Positions 62,470 to 64,000 of a stretch of 64,000 nt of DNA are shown here, in pieces. Position 1 is the stretch's first letter; each line of letters starts with the position of its first letter. Position numbers and translations under genes: made by a program. Under the pieces are notes generated by a model, which had not been told where the DNA came from, did not search any database, and saw only the letters and a list, made by a program, of their open reading frames with translations. The stretch lies in NCBI GenBank assembly GCA_028023455.1, contig JAQFVV010000006.1:248001-312000 (forward strand), written 5' to 3'. This stretch comes from Epiperipatus broadwayi (taxonomy: Eukaryota > Animalia > Onychophora).

Positions 62470-63200
62470 AAATAATTCAGAAATTTTATTAGCACAATAG
62501 TGTCAAGCTATAATTCTAAGAAGGAAATCAACTCTACACATTTATGATACTATAATATTCAATTAATAATGTTAAATACAAGTAAACTCTCGATCCAAAT
62601 CACAAAAAAAAGTCTTTGAAAAGATAAGAATGGCTATCTTATCTTCGTACCTAAATGCGATTATATAAGCAAAATCTTAAGCATCTTGGAAAGAGAGTGT
62701 GAATATATTAAATTATTCACTTTACTTACATTTCTTTTTTTATATCCCATTAACACTTGCGAAATATTGAAATTTATCATGTGTCAATATTCGATGATAT
62801 ATTGAATGTAAATAATTCAGAAATTTTACTAGTCCAGTATCAAGCTGTAATTTTAAGAAGGAAACCAACCTTCCACACAGGCTCATACTATAATATTCAA
62901 TCAATGATGTTAAATTATTAAGTATAACATTGTCTAATATTGACACATGGTAAATTTCAATATTTCACAAGATATATAAATAAAATGAATAATTTAACAT
63001 ATTCATGCTTTCTTTCCAAGATGCTTAAAATTTGTCTACACAATTGCATTTAGGTACGAAGTTGAGACGGCCGTTCTTATCTTTTCAAAGTCTTTTTCTT
63101 GTGACTTGGATCAAGAGTTTACTCCTATTTAACATCACGAATTGAATATTATAGTGCGGCACATGTATGGAGGGTTGATTCTCTTCTCCTCAGAATCAAT
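62470..63200. mobile_element. Family H: ~340-bp tandem followed by an inverted copy
   Basis: taattcagaaatttta at ~62472 and ~62812. 62935-63200 is the reverse complement of the unit. Confidence 0.7.
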
Positions 63201-64000
63201 ATTAATAAATTATACCCGTACAATTTACAAGCATCACTTTATTGGTAAAAATTTGAAGATAAATGCAGAATTTAAACAATTTCCTGATTAAATATTATTT
63301 TTAAGTTTATCAATTCTTTTATTTCTTTAACTTTCAGGTATACATTTAAATTTTTATATATTTAAATTTTTATATTAAATATATTTATTAATATTATTTC
63401 AAAATTAATTCTCTTCATTCTACTGTACAGCCATATAGGGAAGAGAACTAGTCTTGAAAATCTATGAGCGAGCATTTGAGAGAATCACATGATGTCATTA
63501 ATCTATACTCCACTTTACATAAGCTTCACCATTAACACTAGGCATGAGTTCCAAAATATAATTCTATGTAAGTGCTTATGAGCTGCTACCACTTCCTAAT
63601 TTATAAAATATAGATTCTGAAGACAATTTGAATAATTTACCTCTTGATAATATTACTAATAACATGCCATAACTAAATGTTTCCTCTAATAAATATTAAA
63701 TAAATAATTTTTTTAAAAGTGGATTAAAAAAACGTAGCTATTTATAAACCTATAACAATTAAAAACCATGCACAGGGGGCTCTAGTATTTATTAATGACG
63801 ACTATTTTTTAGTCTATCAGTATTTCTTTCATTCGTGCAGTATTTAAATAACAATACACTTAAGTTACTTCCTTAAACAGAGCTGTTATAAAGGCATGAA
63901 AAAAGTAAATGAGTCCTAATATTCAGTTAGATTGTAAATAGAATCAATAATAATAAAAAATGGGACATATAATGATTTGTGTCCAACAACAATTTTAGAA

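Noticed and set aside
63431-63567. Plus-strand ag...gtaagt bounded segment
   Set aside because: All three frames contain stops, so there is no support for a coding exon.

Overview
This is AT-rich eukaryotic (arthropod-like) genomic DNA. It holds 11 consecutive internal coding exons of PI4KA (phosphatidylinositol 4-kinase III alpha) on the minus strand. All have GT-AG boundaries, phases are consistent, and they total 1731 nt (577 codons). The 5' and 3' exons lie outside the window. The introns are packed with mobile DNA: RTE LINEs, a CCHC-knuckle LINE with a (CACAT)n tail, a CR1-like remnant, pogo-like and hAT MITEs, tRNA-derived SINEs, candidate solo LTRs and several Penelope-like element (PLE) coding remnants. 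The main unexplained signal is a dense set of minimal type I hammerhead ribozyme (HHR) motifs from at least about 10 distinct repeat families, mostly arranged as inverted pairs. The dominant family A is an apparently non-coding ~450-nt monomer with roughly 20 HHR-bearing copies. It has a fixed 3' end, head-to-tail junctions, a palindromic stem III (ACUAGU, GUC site), stem II covariation and an unusual A.A opposition at 10.1/11.1. One locus is an exact 80-nt HHR trimer. A second family joins a tRNA-like Pol III head to a hammerhead-like body. All coordinates, counts and folds were made by eye, and ribozyme activity is inferred, not shown.
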